64,000 nucleotides of DNA from Octopus vulgaris (lineage: Eukaryota), in contig OX597815.1 in assembly GCA_951406725.2 (NCBI GenBank), forward strand, positions 145,886,001-145,950,000, read 5' to 3'. This document shows positions 1 through 11,639 of this stretch, in pieces. Within the stretch, counting starts at the first letter, position 1; every line of letters starts with the position of its first letter. Position numbers and translations under genes: made by a program. The notes beneath the pieces are model-generated. The model searched no databases. It was given only the letters and a program-made list of their open reading frames with translations, and was not told where the DNA came from.

Positions 1-329
1 TAGAAATAATTAAAGGAATTTATTGGAAAAAAAATCTCTCTCCTACTCTGAAATATGAATTTGTAATTTTAAATTATAAAAAATTACAAAGAAGATACCC
101 TAATTGGAAAATGTTTGCAAATTTATAATTTGTCTGTCTGTAGTTTCATTAAAACATCAAATCAATTTTAATTATCATTTCATTATTTTTAAATTACGGT
201 CATAACTTTTTACAAACATTTCGGGCCATTTATATAGAATTTGTGGAAGACATCAATTCCCATGAAAAATATCTGATTTGTGTTTTAGTTAGGAGAAAAG
301 TTGATGTCTTTTGCTTTTTTTTTTATCAA

Positions 330-700
330 GGCTTTCCACGTTGGTTCGAGTGGCAGGAGGTAAATATCCTTAAACTGCAACCTGGCCTGAATGCTTGCAA
401 CCGAGTGGTCTTCGCTAAAGCTACCCATTTATCAGGAGATTTGAACTTTATTCACATTATTTAACTACTAGGCCATATGCCTGTGGGGAATTATGGAGTG
501 AATTTTAGGGCTAATAGATCTAATATTTTCCTATTCTTTCTTAATACCGGTTCCCATATCTGCATTCGGCCTGCTTAAGAGGTTGTTGTGTCCTAACATA
601 TGTGCTGCATCTTTTAGTTTTTGTATTTTCCAGTGGTGTTCTCTGTCTATTATTTTAACTTCATCCCACAGGGGGTAGGTGGTCCTCATTTTGAACTTCT
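330..700 (-). mobile_element. Degraded 3' fragment of a Penelope-like element (GIY-YIG C-terminus and 3' region)
   Basis: Minus-strand translation near 545-690 reads approximately PLWDEVKIIDREHHWKIQKLKDAAHMLGHNNLLSRP, typical of the end of Penelope GIY-YIG ORFs; reading frame is broken. Confidence 0.6.
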
Positions 701-847
701 TACTTTCCAATAAATTCCTTTAATTATTCCTAACGATTGGAACTAATAATATATATATGTTTTCTATAACTTTGTAAAAAAAGGCCGAAATGCCGTGTTA
801 GCAACAGACAAGATGAGGACAAATATCCGTTAAATGTAAATAATGTG

Positions 848-916
848 AATAAAGTTCAAATCTCCGTTAAATATAAATAAAGTTCAAATCTCCGTTAAAT
901 ATAAATAAAGTTCAAA
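848..916 (+). repeat. Short tandem repeat, unit about 28 bp (aataaagttcaaatctccgttaaatata), about 2.5 copies
   Basis: Direct repetition visible in the sequence. Confidence 0.8.
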
Positions 917-1029
917 GACTTGGTAAGATTTGAAATCAAAAGACCGAGTGTCAGAACAAGTACTTGCGACGCATTATATCTAATGCTTTACTGGTCCTTC
1001 CAGTTCGCTACATAATAATATTTTCTATT

Positions 1030-1864
1030 ATAGGCACAAGGCCTGGAATTTGGGGGAGGGGATAGTCGATTATATCGATCTCAGTACTCAACTGGTTCTT
1101 AATTTATCGACCCTAAATGGTCGACCTTGGCGAAATTTGAACTCAGAAGGTAGCGACGAGCAAAATACCGCTAACCATTTCGTCGAGGGAGCTAACAATC
1201 TCGCCAGCTCGCCGCCTTTGTTCGCTAGTTAATAATGGATTCAAATTTTGGCACAGGGCCAGCAATTTCCTGGGAGTGAGTAAGTCGATTACAGCGCTCC
1301 CAGTGCTATATTGGTACTTATTTTATTGACCCTTGAAAGGATGAAAAATAAAGTTGACCCCGGTGGCATTTAAACACAGAAATAAGGACGTACGAAAGGG
1401 CGCTAAGAATTTAGCCCGGTCTCCTGATGACTTTGCCAGGTGGCCGCCTTAATTCGCCATCTAATAATGATTTCAAACTTTTGTCACAAGGGCAGCTTGG
1501 GGGAGTAGATTAAGTCGATTACATCGACCCCAGTGCATAACTGGTACTTATTTGACCGATTCCGGAAAGATGAAACGCAATGTTAACTTCGGCGGAATTT
1601 GAACTCAGAACGTAGCGACGGGAGAAATACCTATTTCTTTACTACCCACAAGAGGTTAAACACAGAGAGGATAAACAAGGGCAGACAAACGGATTAAGTC
1701 GATTATGTCGACCCCAGTGCGTAACTGGTACCTAATTTATCGACCCCGAAAGGATGAAAGGCAAAATCGACCTCGGCAGAATTTGAACTCAGAACGTAGC
1801 GGCAGACGAAATACGGCTACGCATTTCGCCCGGCGTGCTAACGTTTCTGCCAGCTCGCCGCCTT
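1030..1864 (-). mobile_element. Cluster of SINE family A copies (tRNA-like head GGCGGCGAGCTGGCAGAA)
   Basis: Repeated reverse complements of the head and of the core CCTTTCATCCTTTCGGGGTCGATAAATTAAGTACCAG; best copy about 1480-1864. Confidence 0.85.
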
Positions 1865-2685
1865 AATACGCCGCCAAATAAATTTTCATAAATCATGGTT
1901 TGCTGATGAGAATATAACCAAGAACTCACTGCCAGCTTTTGAAGGAAAGAGAAAGAAGTGAAATGATGTCACATATCAGCCACGCAATGCGATAGAATTA
2001 CTGATCTGAGGATAATACCAGATGATACATTTGCTTGTCGTGACATGCAACAAAGGAGGTGTTCTTAGTAGGGTCAGATACTCCCTATATATTATCGTAA
2101 GGTCATTCTGATTTCAGAAAAATAACCAATTTACTAAGTGGACGCCTTTATAACGCTTGGAGTGGTATTCCTGTTCCATCACATTCAAAGTGAATATGGC
2201 TGTCGAACTTTTTTTCTTCTTTTGTTTTCGATTATATCGAATAGGAAATTAATTGGTTCAGTCTTGCGGATTTTGTCAGCCTAGGAATATTAGAAATGGG
2301 TTTAAGGAGATTAATATGGCGAATATGGAGCGACAGCCTTAAAGGGAAACAGGATGCTGCTGCTGTTATATTTATTCATTTACTTGTTTCAGTGATTAGA
2401 TTGTGGTCGTTCTGTGGCACTGCCTGTAAGGGTTTAGTTGAATAAACTCCAGTAACATTTCTTTAAATCTGGTACATCTATATGTAGCCGCGGTTGAAGC
2501 GCTAAGTTACAGGGACGTGAAGAAACCAACACCGGTTGAGAAGGGGCGGGGACAAACACAAAGACACCGAGACACGCATATGACTATGGTATACGTAACC
2601 ATGGATGTGCGTGTATACCCCCACGCACACACACACATATATATATATATACATACATACATACATACATACATACATACATACA

Positions 2686-2719
<34 letters not shown>

Positions 2720-2905
2720 GGATTCACCGCTAACTCCAAAAGTTTTTCTTTTTAATTTTCTCTTGTTATTTCCTCATGTTCCTTTCTGATGAAAAGCGTA
2801 GGTTCGAAACACAAAATACTTTCTCACCTTCCTGAAAGTCAAACTAATACACCTGTTTGTTTTTGATACACCTGTCTTCGTCTTTTTTTCTGGAAATGTC
2901 AACTA
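2720..2905 (+). mobile_element. Small Penelope-derived terminal fragment with a degraded hammerhead (family H2)
   Basis: cttt CTGATGA aaagc gtag gttc GAAAC; downstream sequence matches 55080-55170 and the reverse complement of 28376-28510; flanked by microsatellites. Confidence 0.6.
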
Positions 2906-3175
2906 CACACACACACATATATATATGAGGAAGGACACTGTGACTAGTGGTGTATATCAATCGATATTCTGGCGATACAACGAGATATATATATATATTA
3001 CGGAGATGTACTTGCATAGCAAGTGACCTGGAACGAAAACAATTGGAGCATGGATGGTGTTTTTTAAAAGCCATTTAAGAAACACAAAAAAACAGTTAGC
3101 ACTTAAATTTAATTTGCCAAAATATTTTCGTCGCGTCTGTGTGTGTGTGTGTGTGTGTGTGTACATACATATATT

Positions 3176-3220
<45 letters not shown>

Positions 3221-3749
3221 GATGGACTTCTATACGGTTTCGTCTGTCAAATTCATTCACAAAACATTTGGCAGTATGGTAATCAATTAATAAGGCTGAT
3301 TTCTCCCTTATTCATAGCAAGTTTAGCAGCCATTGTGAATACTTTTCGTTATTTTGTTGAAGTTGAGTGATTCACAAGACAGTGCTAACAAATGGCTGAT
3401 ACTTATAGTGCTTGCTACGTGTTCAAGGGAGAAAACTTTGAGTGGAACTTGTGAATAACACAGATGTGGTAGCTGCAAATATGCTGTGAAAGTCAGGCTC
3501 CAGTAAAGTTGATTGGGTCAAAATGAACAGAGACTATTTCAGTTTTACAGAGATTATTTCTCAATACTCGATTTGTTCATGTCATTTAGCCTCAGATATG
3601 CTATGGTGGAGTTCATCTTTTATCAAAGGCGTTATATCTTATGACTAAATAGTCAATGATTTTTTAAATTCTATATTATCCTTCCACAGGCCACCAAATC
3701 GACGACCACTTTGAGAAGTGCGTACACGTCATTAAATATTTGTGGTTAA

Positions 3750-4143
3750 GGCGGTGAGCTAGCAGAGACGTTAGCACGCCAGGTAAAATGTTTAGTGGTA
3801 TTTTGTCTGTCCTTCCGCTCTGAGTTCAAATCTCGCCGAAGTCGAATTTGCCTTTCATCCTTTCGGGGTCGATAAATTAAGTACCAGTTACGCACTGAGG
3901 TCGATATAATCGACTTAATCCCTTTGTCTGTCCTTGTTTGTCTTCTCTATGTTGAGCCCCTTGTGGGTAGTAAAGAAATAGGTATTTCGTCCCTCCTTCC
4001 GTTCTGAGTTCAAATCTCACCGAGGTCGACTTTGCCTTTCATCCTCTCGGGGTCTATAAATTAAGTACAAGTTGCGTACTGGGGTCGATCTTATCGACTG
4101 GCCCGCTCCCCTAAAGTTTCGGGCCTTGTGCCTAGAGTAGAAA
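3750..4143 (+). mobile_element. SINE family A, full two-core copy
   Basis: Head GGCGGTGAGCTAGCAGAG, B-box-like GAGTTCAAAT, two core units, tail ending cctagagtagaaa. Confidence 0.85.
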
Positions 4144-4702
4144 TGATTAATTATTTTTGGTATTACATAGAGGTCATCTCTATTATTTTTCACGTACTTT
4201 GTTCTTCGTAAAGGATTGCTTCAGGAGTGGCTGTGTGGGAAGATGTTTGCTTCCCGACAATATGGTTCAGGGTTCAGTCCAACTATCGTGGAACCTTAGG
4301 CACGTGCCTCCTACGATAGCCCTAGGTGAATCAAGGCCTTGTTAGTGGATTTAGTAAACGGAAACAGAAAGAAGACTGTCTAGTATGTGTTGTGTGCGTG
4401 TGTGTGTCTATGAATTTGTGTCTGTCTCCTATGATCACTTGTCAAACGATGTTGACTGTAACTTTCATCCTTTTACACACCAGTGAAACACTGGGGTCGG
4501 GGAAATCGACTAGTCCTCTCCCCAGAAATTTTAAGCCTTGTGCCTCTAGTAGAAATAGTTATTATTATCATTATTATTCTGAAAGACAATCGGATAGTTC
4601 TTAATTATCAGTTATTCTTTACCTGAAAGCAGGCAGTAAAAAAATCATCAAAGGTTTCAAGTTATGCCTTCTCCTGTGACTCAAAGAGACAATTATTATT
4701 AT

Positions 4703-6779
4703 TCTTTCTTCAAATTTTCTTCCGTTTCTCGCCGAGTGTTTTCCATACACCTAGGGCAGAGAAGGGCATTGTATGCATTCCCAGATTACACGCGCAAATT
4801 CACAGATAAAATATGTATTTAAAAATTAATAAATAAATAAATTCATGGATGGATGTTATTTTCACAGCGATAGTCCTCTTCTCAGTACATGAGCCGTTCC
4901 AGTTAATACGATTTTTTGCACTTCCTGTAGGGATGGTAAGCCTGGAATCATTTTCAAATAGGTTTCATTGCCTCTTTTTTTATCATTCCTTGAGATCCTA
5001 CAATCACTGGTACTGTAGTCGCCTTGAGATGCCACATTTTTTCAATTTCCATTAGTAGGTCTTTATATTTAATAATCTTGTCAAATTCTTTCGCGCTATA
5101 TTGTGATCACAGGGAATACTCATGTCAATTAATAAACACATCCTTTTTGTCTGATCTTTTATAATGATATCCGGTTTATTGGCTTTTATAGTCCTGTCGG
5201 TCTGCACGGGGAAGTCCCATAGAATCGACACATTTTCTCCCTCAGTCACAGCTTCAGGATGATTTTTATACCATTTGTCAGCGGTTTTGATCTTATAATG
5301 CCGACATATTGTCCAGTGTAAATACTGGCCGACTCTGTCCTGTCTTGCTTTATATTCTGCAGCTGCTAAGACTCTACACCCTGAGATTAGGTGGTCTATT
5401 GTTTCAATCTCATCGTTACAGAATCGGCATTTTGGGTCAGCTCCATTTTTCATCACATTGGCTTGGTAGTTCCGGGTAAATAAAATTTGGTCTTGAGCAG
5501 CTAATATGAAACCTTCACTCTCTGCTTTTAGCCCTGAACTTCGTAACCATTGGTGCGTGTGTTTCTGGTCGACATCAGCTTGTTTGCTACGGGTCACATA
5601 CTTGCCATGGAGAGGTTTCTGTTCCCATCTGCTAGCTAAATTTTCATGTGCTTTTGCCTTTGCAATTAATTTTATTTTCTTTGCAGCTGCAGTTGGCGCA
5701 TTTCCTTCAGCCTGCTCAATCTGGCGGGTATCTAAGAGATCAGCAGCGAATTTTTTGCTCTCTTTGAGAACAGAGTGAAGTTTTTTTAGGTCTTTCATGT
5801 TTTTCAACAAGTTTTAGCATCCAATCGTTGGTTGCTTCAAGGTATTTGGCCAGTCCGATCGTGGTGGTTTTGTATGTAAGTTCAAGCTGGATCAAACCTC
5901 GACTTCCCTGAGCTCTGGGAAGGTAAAGGCGATCCACGTCTGCCTTTGGATGGTGCATCTTATTACTAGTCAGTAGCTTGCGGATTTTCCTGTCAATTTT
6001 CATTATTTCACTAGTATTCCAGTTAAGCACATTGAAGCTATAAAGAACAACTGGTACTGCTAAGGAATTTATGGCTAAAACCTTATTATATACATTCAGC
6101 TCAGACTTCAGGTTTGTTCCTGCTTAAGTTCCTTTATTACTATTTCGACATCAATTCGATTGAACTAGACTTTACCAATTTTCCTTTCTTAAAAGTGGCT
6201 TTGGCACACTTTTCAAGGCCAAACTCCATCCCGATATCATCACTGAATCCTTTCACAGTATGTAATAATCTTTCAAGCTCTTCATCATCTTTGCCATATA
6301 GCTTTAAGTCATCCATATAAAATAGATGGCTTATTTTCTTGTTGTCAATTTTGTAGCCATATCCTGTACTATTCAGTTCACTTGGGAGTGGTATTAGTGC
6401 TATGCAGAATATTAGTGGTGAAAGTGAGTCACCTTGGAAAATTCCACAGTTTACGCTAATGTTGTTTGAGTGCAATACTCCATTAGAATGATATAATTGG
6501 AGCTTCGTGTTCCATAGTGACATATTATACTTTAAAAAATCTGAAATCACAGGAGAAATTTTGAAAATGTCCAGCGATTTCAGAATCCACGAATGTGGTA
6601 TGCTGTCAAAGGCTTTTTTATAATCAATCCATGAAGAGCTGAGATTTCTGCGCTTGTTATGGCAGTTCTCAAGGATCATGCGATTAATTAGGAGCTGATC
6701 TTTGCATCCGTATGAGCCTCGTCTGCATCCTTTTTGTTCAGTGGGAAAGAGGTTATTCTCTTCCATAAACGTATGTTTT
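4703..6779 (-). mobile_element. 5'-truncated R4/Dong-clade non-LTR retrotransposon (RT, CCHC finger, restriction-like endonuclease), frameshifted
   Basis: ORFs 6140-6790 (WIDYKKAFDS, GIFQGDSLSP, YMDD), 5740-6030 and 5052-5810 (CRFC..ETIDHLISGC, ILWDF, KPDIII, LLID); flanked by (ATT)n. Confidence 0.9.
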
Positions 6780-6815
6780 ATTATTATCATTATGATTATT
6801 ATTATTATTATTATT

Positions 6816-7372
6816 GAGTGAGAGAGTAGTTCATGCCATCAAAGTGACACTGGGGTAAAATATACGAAGCCCAATATACCCATCATGACTACCCGTCTGA
6901 TAAAGGTACACCAGGCACATGCATCTCAACCATATGTGTGCGACATGGTGATCTCATATCAAGATAAACAGCACATGACCTTGCAGGTGGGGCCCAGTTA
7001 GAATTTTCTTCAGGTTGAGTAGCCCATCCCGCTCAAACGGTCCCTGAATAAGGGTTGCTTAAGGATGTTGAAAGAACCACCCATGTTTCCAGAGGTGAAC
7101 TATTCAAACCCCAAAGAATCCCTCTCAACACATGGCTATGATGCTCCCCCACTACTTCTGCTCGTGATCAGAGATGCACATATCGTCAGCCACTAAGGGA
7201 CATGCTCAACTGGTTAAGGTCAAACAACTGACAAGCAAATCTGTGGTATTGAGCAGAATATTTGCTGTAGCCCATCTTTTATACCAAGACAAAACAATGT
7301 ACATAATAACACTTCCAATCAGTTAAGATCAGAAGCCATGAGAGCCACTGCCTCGTACTGCGTCAGGGCATT
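6816..7372 (-). mobile_element. Unclassified interspersed repeat of about 560 bp (family D) inserted in (TAA)n
   Basis: Near-identical to 21876-22340; both are bounded by (ATT)n; no convincing ORF. Strand is inferred from the truncation pattern. Confidence 0.75.
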
Positions 7373-7416
7373 TATTATTATTATTATTATTATTATTAGT
7401 AGTAGTAGTAGTAGTA

Positions 7417-7826
7417 GAAGTGGCTGTGTGGTAAGTAGCTTGCTTTCCAACCACATCGTTCCCGGTTCAGTCCCACTGCGTGGCACCTTGGGCAAGTGTC
7501 TTCTGCAATAGCCCCGGGCCGACCGAAGCCTTGTGAGTGGTTTTGGTAGACGGAAACTGAAAGAAGCCCGTCGTATATATGTATATATATATATGTGTGT
7601 GTGTATGTATGTTTGTGTGTCTGTGTTTGTCCCACCAACATCGCTTGACAACCGATGCTGGTGTGTTTACGTCTCCGTAACTTAGCGGTTCGGCAAAAGA
7701 GACCGATAGAATAGGTACTAGGCTTACAAAGAATAAGTCCTGGGATCGATTTGCTCGACTAAAGGCGGTGCTCCAGCATGGCCACAGTCTAATGACTGAA
7801 ACAAGTAAAAGATAAAAGATAAAAGA
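7417..7826 (+). mobile_element. SINE family B (tRNA-like head, ACCTTGGGCAAGT core, internal microsatellite, LINE-like tail)
   Basis: A/B-box-like tggctgtgtggt and ggttcagtccc; tail ggtgctccagcatggcc...gaaacaagtaaaaga(taaaaga)n; many copies in the window. Confidence 0.85.
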
Positions 7827-8722
7827 TTATTATTAATATTATTATTATTATTATTATTTAAAACAGTTTGTTTCGGCCCCAAGTGAATTATAGCTTCGTA
7901 GGTTTCTTATAGTAAACTGAATCGTCTCCACTCTCAGTGAACTCGTTTGATGGAGCCCAACGAGACAATTTTCTTTAGGAGTCGAGGAAACTTTAAGTCG
8001 CATGTAGTAGAATCTGTTTTAAATAATAAAATATGTAACCCCGACTAAATGTGTTGAGTGAATTTTCCTTTCGTTTGACCACTCACGTATGTATGTATGT
8101 ATCTATGTATTTATGTATGTATGTATGTACGTATGTATGTATGTGTACGTACATATGTAAATATGCATGTATAGCGAGAGACACAGTGTAAAAGAAAGAG
8201 CGAGATATATATACACGTGTGTGTGTGCATATATATATATATATATATATACACTCACATGCACTTACTTACTCACACACATACACACAAACACGCAATT
8301 CCATGAAGTTCCCTACTGTCATAAAGGTGATATAAGTGATATAAAGCCATATCATAAAAGCAGTCTGTAAATAAATATAAGAACTAAAATACTAAAATCA
8401 GAACATCATATGTTTGGAAAATGTATAAATCAAGACTTTCCTCTGTATAGTGAACAGCTGTTAACAATTATCCCCATTTTGAAAGTAGTATTTTCAGTTC
8501 TCGTAATAAATATCACTAGTGGAATATTAGCTGAGGGTAAACCATAAAGCATCGAGTAATGGCAGAACTTTTTTTCTTCTTGTAATTCACTATGCAAATA
8601 CAGGTTTGCCATGTTATTGTAGTATTACTGCGCTTTAATTACTGCTGGTCATAAAGAAATATACAACTCGTATACCGACCATTTTGCTTCTTTTTTTTTT
8701 CTAACTTTAGACATCTAGGAGT

Positions 8723-8790
<68 letters not shown>

Positions 8791-8959
8791 TTGTAGTGTG
8801 GCTGCTGTTGTTTCTACTGCTGCTATTGTTGTTACGACATCACTGCTAAAACTATCGTTTCTCTTCTGTGTTTATAAAGGCAGCAATGGGGCCAATTCAT
8901 ATTTTTCAATGTTAGTGTTAGAAATGTATTTTCGAGTCTCTGGGTTGATACATACGTTT

Positions 8960-9770
8960 CTTTTCTAGGTACAGGGGCCGAAATGTTTGAAGAGGGGGAG
9001 GGCAGTCGATTAGATCGATCTTAATACACGACTGCTACTTAATTTATCGACTCTGAGAGGATGAAAAGCAAAGTCGACCTCGGCGGAATTTGAACTCAGA
9101 ACGTAAAGACAGACGAAATACCTATTTCTTTACTACCTACAAGGGGCTAAACACGGTGGGGACAAACAAGGACAGACAAACGGATTAAGTCGACTAGATC
9201 GACTCCAATGCGGAAGTAGTACTTAATTTATCGACCCCGAAAGAATGAAAGGCAAAGTCGACCTCGGCAGAATTTGAGCTCAGAACGTAATGGGAGACGA
9301 AATACGGCTACGCATTTCGCCTGGCGTGCAAACGTTTCTGCCAGCTCGCCGCCTTATCGTACATAAATATTCTTTTCTACTCTAGCACACGGCCCGAAAA
9401 TTTGGGGGGATGGGGCCAGTCGATTAGATCGACCCCAGTACGCAACTGGTACTTAATTAATCGACTCCGAAAACATAAAAAGGCAAAGCCGAACTCGGCG
9501 GAATTTGAACTAAGAATATAGCGGCAGACGAAATACCTATTTCTTTACTACCCACAAAGGGGCTAAATACAGAGAGGACAAACAAGGACAGACAAATAGA
9601 TTAAGTCGATTATATCGACGCCAGTGCGGAACTGGTACTTATTTCATCGACCTCGAAAGGATGAAAGGCAAAGTCAACCTCGGCAGAATTTGAACTCAGA
9701 ACGTAACGGCAGACGAAATACGGCTACGCATTTCGCCCGGCGTGCTAACGTTTCTGCCAGCTCGCCGCCT
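8960..9770 (-). mobile_element. Two tandem two-core SINE family A copies
   Basis: Heads end at about 9354 and 9769 (ccagctcgccgcc); four core units in total. Confidence 0.85.
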
Positions 9771-10089
9771 TTGGGGGGTGGGGGTGGGGCTTGATATATA
9801 AGGTGATATATTTTCTTAGAGTGGAGCATAATAAAAAAAAACTCAGATGCATTTATGTAGGCCGAACCTGTGGCCAATGCCAAGGGGAAGTTCGAAGATC
9901 TTCCCAGGGACTCAGTGAAAGAATGCATGTGCCAAGTTCCGTAGCTGTCTCAAGGACTTGGTGGAAGCTGAGGGCGGCTAGCTTGAGTGTACTTACCGAT
10001 CAGCCATTACGTTGACGGTATTTTTAACTTAGAAAAAAATAATTTTCTTTTGGTGTGGGATATTGGATTTTCTTTTAGCCTAAACATTC

Positions 10090-10121
<32 letters not shown>

Positions 10122-10164
10122 TGTATGTATGTATGTATGTATGTATGTATGTATGTATGTCTAG

Positions 10165-10372
10165 TAAATTTTTAAAAAATGAAGAACAAACACAAAAATC
10201 AACAACATGAGTACATGGTACATATAAAATATTAGCAGACGCTCGGAGAAGGAACGAAGGTGGTTCTACGTCTCGAACAAAGCTCTTCTTCAGAAACTGC
10301 AGGCAGAGAAAAGTCGAAGAGAAATGGAAAACGGAGGAAAAAATCGCCAACGATTCACTTGTGGTTACATTT
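10165..10372 (-). mobile_element. Small Penelope-derived terminal fragment with hammerhead-like motif (family H3)
   Basis: Minus strand of 10263-10297 reads gttt CTGAAGA agagc ttt gttc GAGAC GTA gaac; homologous to 54189-54320 and 63963-64000. Confidence 0.6.
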
Positions 10373-10383
10373 TGAAATGAATA

Positions 10384-10454
<71 letters not shown>

Positions 10455-10457
<3 letters not shown>

Positions 10458-10795
10458 TTAGGGAATAAATCCAAATTTACAGGGAAAAATCAGATTTAGG
10501 ATTAAATCCAATTTTATAGTAAAATATTATATAATATTAATTAGAGACAAAACCACTATTTTGTAAAACAAACAAGGAAAGACTTAATCAATACATAAAA
10601 TTTTAATAAAAAGTAAAAAGACCGCCACTACAATTGTTTCAATTGAAACTGATTTGAAAATCGGAAATCCACCTGAAGATTGTCATTGAGGACATGAAAC
10701 AATTGTAGTGGCGGTTTTTTTACTTTTTATTAAAATTTTATGTATTGATTAAGTCTTTCCTTGTTTGTTTTACAAAATAGTGGTTTTGTCTCTAA

Positions 10796-10806
<11 letters not shown>
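10455..10806 (+). mobile_element. Fold-back Penelope-derived mini-element in (TA)n with arms of about 112 bp
   Basis: 10528-10641 is almost the exact reverse complement of 10695-10806; (TA)n on both sides. Confidence 0.75.
10669..10711 (+). ncRNA. Minimal type I hammerhead ribozyme with intact core
   Basis: CCAC-CUGAAGA-U-UGUC(AUUGAG)GACA-U-GAAAC-AAUU-GUA-GUGG: stem I CCAC/GUGG, stem II UGUC/GACA, palindromic stem III CAAUUG, GUA cleavage triplet. Confidence 0.75.
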
Positions 10807-10846
<40 letters not shown>

Positions 10847-10852
10847 CATGCA

Positions 10853-11204
10853 TTGCGTCTGGGGAGTGCTTCTCTTTTGGTGCTTTATAATTTAACACAC
10901 TCACTGGTAAAATTTCCACTTATTTATTTTTTATTTTTCTAAAATTGTCGTTGCGTCTTGCATGCTTTTCGATAGTCATTGCCAAGGGGATGTTTGATGG
11001 TCTTTTCAGAGTCAACGACTATTGAGAAGGTTGCAAAACGCAACGAAAATTTCAGAAAAATATAAAAGAAATTAGCGGAAATTTTACCGGTGAATGTGTT
11101 AAATTATAAGGCACCAAAAGAGAATGACTGTCTCCAGACACAGCAGAATATACTTCAATACACGAACTCACATAAAGAATCTTGCAAACCAAATCCCAAA
11201 CGAA

Positions 11205-11210
<6 letters not shown>
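10853..11210 (+). mobile_element. Second fold-back mini-element in (TA)n with diverged arms and a variant hammerhead-like motif
   Basis: About 10855-10978 is inverted relative to about 11017-11140; motif cta TTGAGAA g gttgc aaaac gcaac GAAA attt cag at 11019-11055. Confidence 0.6.
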
Positions 11211-11284
<74 letters not shown>

Positions 11285-11639
11285 GATATACGTAATTGTG
11301 GGTGCGTATGTGCACAGGTCCGTGTGTATGTATTTATATGACTTAAGAGCTGTAGAGGAATTCATGGAAGCAACACAAGAAAACAATAGGAAATTGAAAC
11401 TTCATACGAACCTGTTTGCATATAATAAAATAATCCGGGTGTCCGTTTTTTGTAATTTCTCTAAGTTTTTTATGATGGCTGGTCGTGTAGTATTTTGAAT
11501 TATATGTTCAGTTATTATTCGAAATCTGGAAAGAAACAAACCATAAAAATATAATAAACAATAAAAAATTATATTGGATTAATAGATTTCGTTTAAACCC
11601 CGAGTGACTAATAACGATTATGATAATTAGTAGTTTTAA

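Noticed and set aside
385-422. Possible hammerhead remnant after the Penelope fragment (minus strand gcga-agacc-actc-ggtt-gcaagc)
   Set aside because: Both core segments are too degraded to support a call.
7305-7372. Faint resemblance of the family D end to U2 snRNA
   Set aside because: Only short patchy matches; no branch-point pairing region or Sm site.
8960-9770. Regularly repeated units resembling a CRISPR array
   Set aside because: Units are SINE cores with repeated, not unique, intervening sequence; eukaryotic context and no cas genes.
9791-10040. ORF with CIYVGRT, a possible GIY-YIG remnant
   Set aside because: Single short motif with no supporting residues; too weak to annotate.
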